Shown here in pieces: positions 62,364-64,000 of a stretch of 64,000 nt of DNA (position 1 is the stretch's first letter; every line of letters begins with the position of its first letter). Location of the stretch: contig JBBIRR010000018.1 in the NCBI GenBank assembly GCA_037441705.1, positions 10,442-74,441 on the forward strand, in the 5' to 3' direction. The DNA comes from Ignavibacteriales bacterium (lineage in GTDB: Bacteria; Bacteroidota; Ignavibacteria; UBA10030; UBA6906). Both the position numbers and the translations under genes were made by a program. The notes below the pieces were generated by a model, which worked only from the letters and a program-made list of their open reading frames with translations, was not told where the DNA came from and made no database searches.

Positions 62364-62390
62364 GCAGGTCGAGCCGGCTGCTCGGCCTGC
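62364..62390 (+). other. Intergenic GC hairpin without U-tract (mRNA stabiliser or pause site)
   Basis: GCAGGTCGAGC-CGGCT-GCTCGGCCTGC. Confidence 0.45.
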
Positions 62391-62443
62391 CCGGATGCGC
62401 GCTGGGGATGGAAACAGAAAGTTATGAACGAAGGAACAATCGG

Positions 62444-63982
62444 GTGAAACAACTGAAATATCTGTGGATGGTTGTCGTGCTGTTCGCGTCACCGGTGTTG
62501 GCGCAGACAACCTATTACGTGTCACCATCGGGCGACGACATGAATCCGGGAACGTTCGAGCTGCCGTTTCGCACGATCCCGCGGGCGGTAACCGCGGCCG
62601 TTGCCGGCGACACCATCTACATTCGTGGAGGCACGCATCCGTACTCCACCACCATCAGCATTTCGAAGCAGGGAACCAACACCAATCGCTTTTACCTCTT
62701 CGCCTATCCGGGCGAACGCCCGCTGTTGGATTTTTCTTCGATGCCGATTGCCGACAACCTTCGCGGCATCAATCTGAGCGGCAGATACTGGCATGTCAAA
62801 GGATTGGATATCTACAAGGCAGGTGACAACGGCATGCTGCTGCGAGGTCAATACAACATCATCGAGAACTGCGCGTTCTTCGAGAATCACGACACGGGAC
62901 TACAGCTCAGCAACGGCGCGGCGTACAACCAGATCATCAACTGCGACTCATACAACAACGCCGACCCGTCCCAGGGCAATGCCGACGGCTTTGCCGTGAA
63001 GTTGGATGTCGGCACGGGGAATTACCTCTACGGCTGTCGCGCGTGGCAGAACTCCGATGACGGATACGACGGCTACCTGCGCGGGGCGGACAACGTCACG
63101 ACCGTGCTGGAGAACTGCTGGATCTTTCGCAACGGCTATCTCAGCAACGGACAGCCGAGTGTCGGCAACGGCAACGGTATCAAAATGGGCGGCGGCGATA
63201 ATGGCAATGCCGACAGTCTCAAACACCGAATCACGATGATCCGCTGTCTCGTGTTCGATAACAGAGTGAAGGGGTTCGATCAGAACAATAACCGCGGTTC
63301 GATGACCATCCTGCACGGCTCCGCATTCCGCAACGGAACGAACTACAGTGTGAGCGGGGCGATCGCTGCCGGAGAAACGCTCCGCATCGTCAACAGTCTT
63401 GCCCTCGGCTCCGTCGGCTCGATCGCCGGCTTTGCGATTCAGCAGACGAATAGCTGGATGCCGCCGTTCATGGTCACCACCGCCGATTTTGCAAGCACAG
63501 ACACCGCGGGCGTTCGTGGGCCGCGCAACGCTGACGGCAGTCTGCCCATCCTGCCGTTCATGCGTCTCGCCCAGGGAAGCGATCTAATTGACGCCGGAAC
63601 AAACATCGGTCTGCCGTACCTCGGAAACGGTCCCGACCTTGGGTGGGCTGAGTACGAGGGACCGACGAGCGCGACCGGTGAGCCGTCTCGTCCTGCCGCG
63701 TTTCGGCTGGACCAGAATTATCCGAATCCCTTCAACCCTGCCACGCGGATTCCCTTCTCGGTTCGAAGCTCTGGTGGTTCGGCTTCGCTCACCACAGGGC
63801 TCGTCTCGTTGAAGGTGTTTGATGTGTTGGGGCGCGAGGTGGCAACGTTGGTGAATGAACGCCTTCAGCCGGGACGGTATGAAGTGACGTTCGATGCGAG
63901 CAACCTCGCGGGCGGCGTGTACTTCTGTACGCTGCAAAGCGGCGGCGTGAAAGAAACAAAACGAATGATGCTGCTGAAATGA
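62444..63982 (+). CDS. PL9 pectate lyase (PelL/PelN-like) with T9SS type-A CTD
   Basis: 'YYVSP.G.D.NPG', 'GDTIYIRGG', 'AGDNG', 'N.DTGLQ', 'NADGFAVK', 'NSDDGYD', 'GNGNG.KMGG', 'KGFDQN'. GTG start. Confidence 0.92.
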   Translation: MKQLKYLWMVVVLFASPVLAQTTYYVSPSGDDMNPGTFELPFRTIPRAVTAAVAGDTIYIRGGTHPYSTTISISKQGTNTNRFYLFAYPGERPLLDFSSMPIADNLRGINLSGRYWHVKGLDIYKAGDNGMLLRGQYNIIENCAFFENHDTGLQLSNGAAYNQIINCDSYNNADPSQGNADGFAVKLDVGTGNYLYGCRAWQNSDDGYDGYLRGADNVTTVLENCWIFRNGYLSNGQPSVGNGNGIKMGGGDNGNADSLKHRITMIRCLVFDNRVKGFDQNNNRGSMTILHGSAFRNGTNYSVSGAIAAGETLRIVNSLALGSVGSIAGFAIQQTNSWMPPFMVTTADFASTDTAGVRGPRNADGSLPILPFMRLAQGSDLIDAGTNIGLPYLGNGPDLGWAEYEGPTSATGEPSRPAAFRLDQNYPNPFNPATRIPFSVRSSGGSASLTTGLVSLKVFDVLGREVATLVNERLQPGRYEVTFDASNLAGGVYFCTLQSGGVKETKRMMLLK

Positions 63983-64000
63983 TGTCTGCCGCAGAACGAG

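Overview
64-kb bacterial chromosome segment, most likely from an Ignavibacteria-like member of the FCB group. This is inferred from the 16S style, the many T9SS-type 'QNYPNPFNP' C-terminal domains and canonical TTGACA-N17-TATATT promoters. Order of contents: the end of a DUF2723 membrane glycosyltransferase; a complete rRNA operon (16S, tRNA-Ile, tRNA-Ala, an aberrant third tRNA-like gene, 23S, 5S) studded with short GGCGCC/CCCGAC palindromes and followed by a duplicated 5S 3' end; an accessory block (NarL-type two-component system, ECF41 sigma plus epimerase, two gene relics, a cytochrome c / P460-family / MarR module); a 15-gene CarH-led carotenoid and photolyase operon; a cysM-mec-(CysO::MoeZ) sulfur-carrier operon preceded by a Cys-rich leader peptide with an overlapping hairpin; phoD, a nested MITE, mutS and tRNA-Leu; and a ~23-kb pectin-utilisation locus with no SusD, which instead has a TonB receptor, a variant-CTD partner protein, two PorV/FadL-like barrels and secreted proteins built from an unrecognised repeated domain. 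Best novelty candidates: the SusD-less TBDR/CTD/PorV uptake module, the palindrome-substituted tRNA and rRNA, and the Cys leader-peptide attenuator. All calls were made by eye from motifs; no database searches were run.
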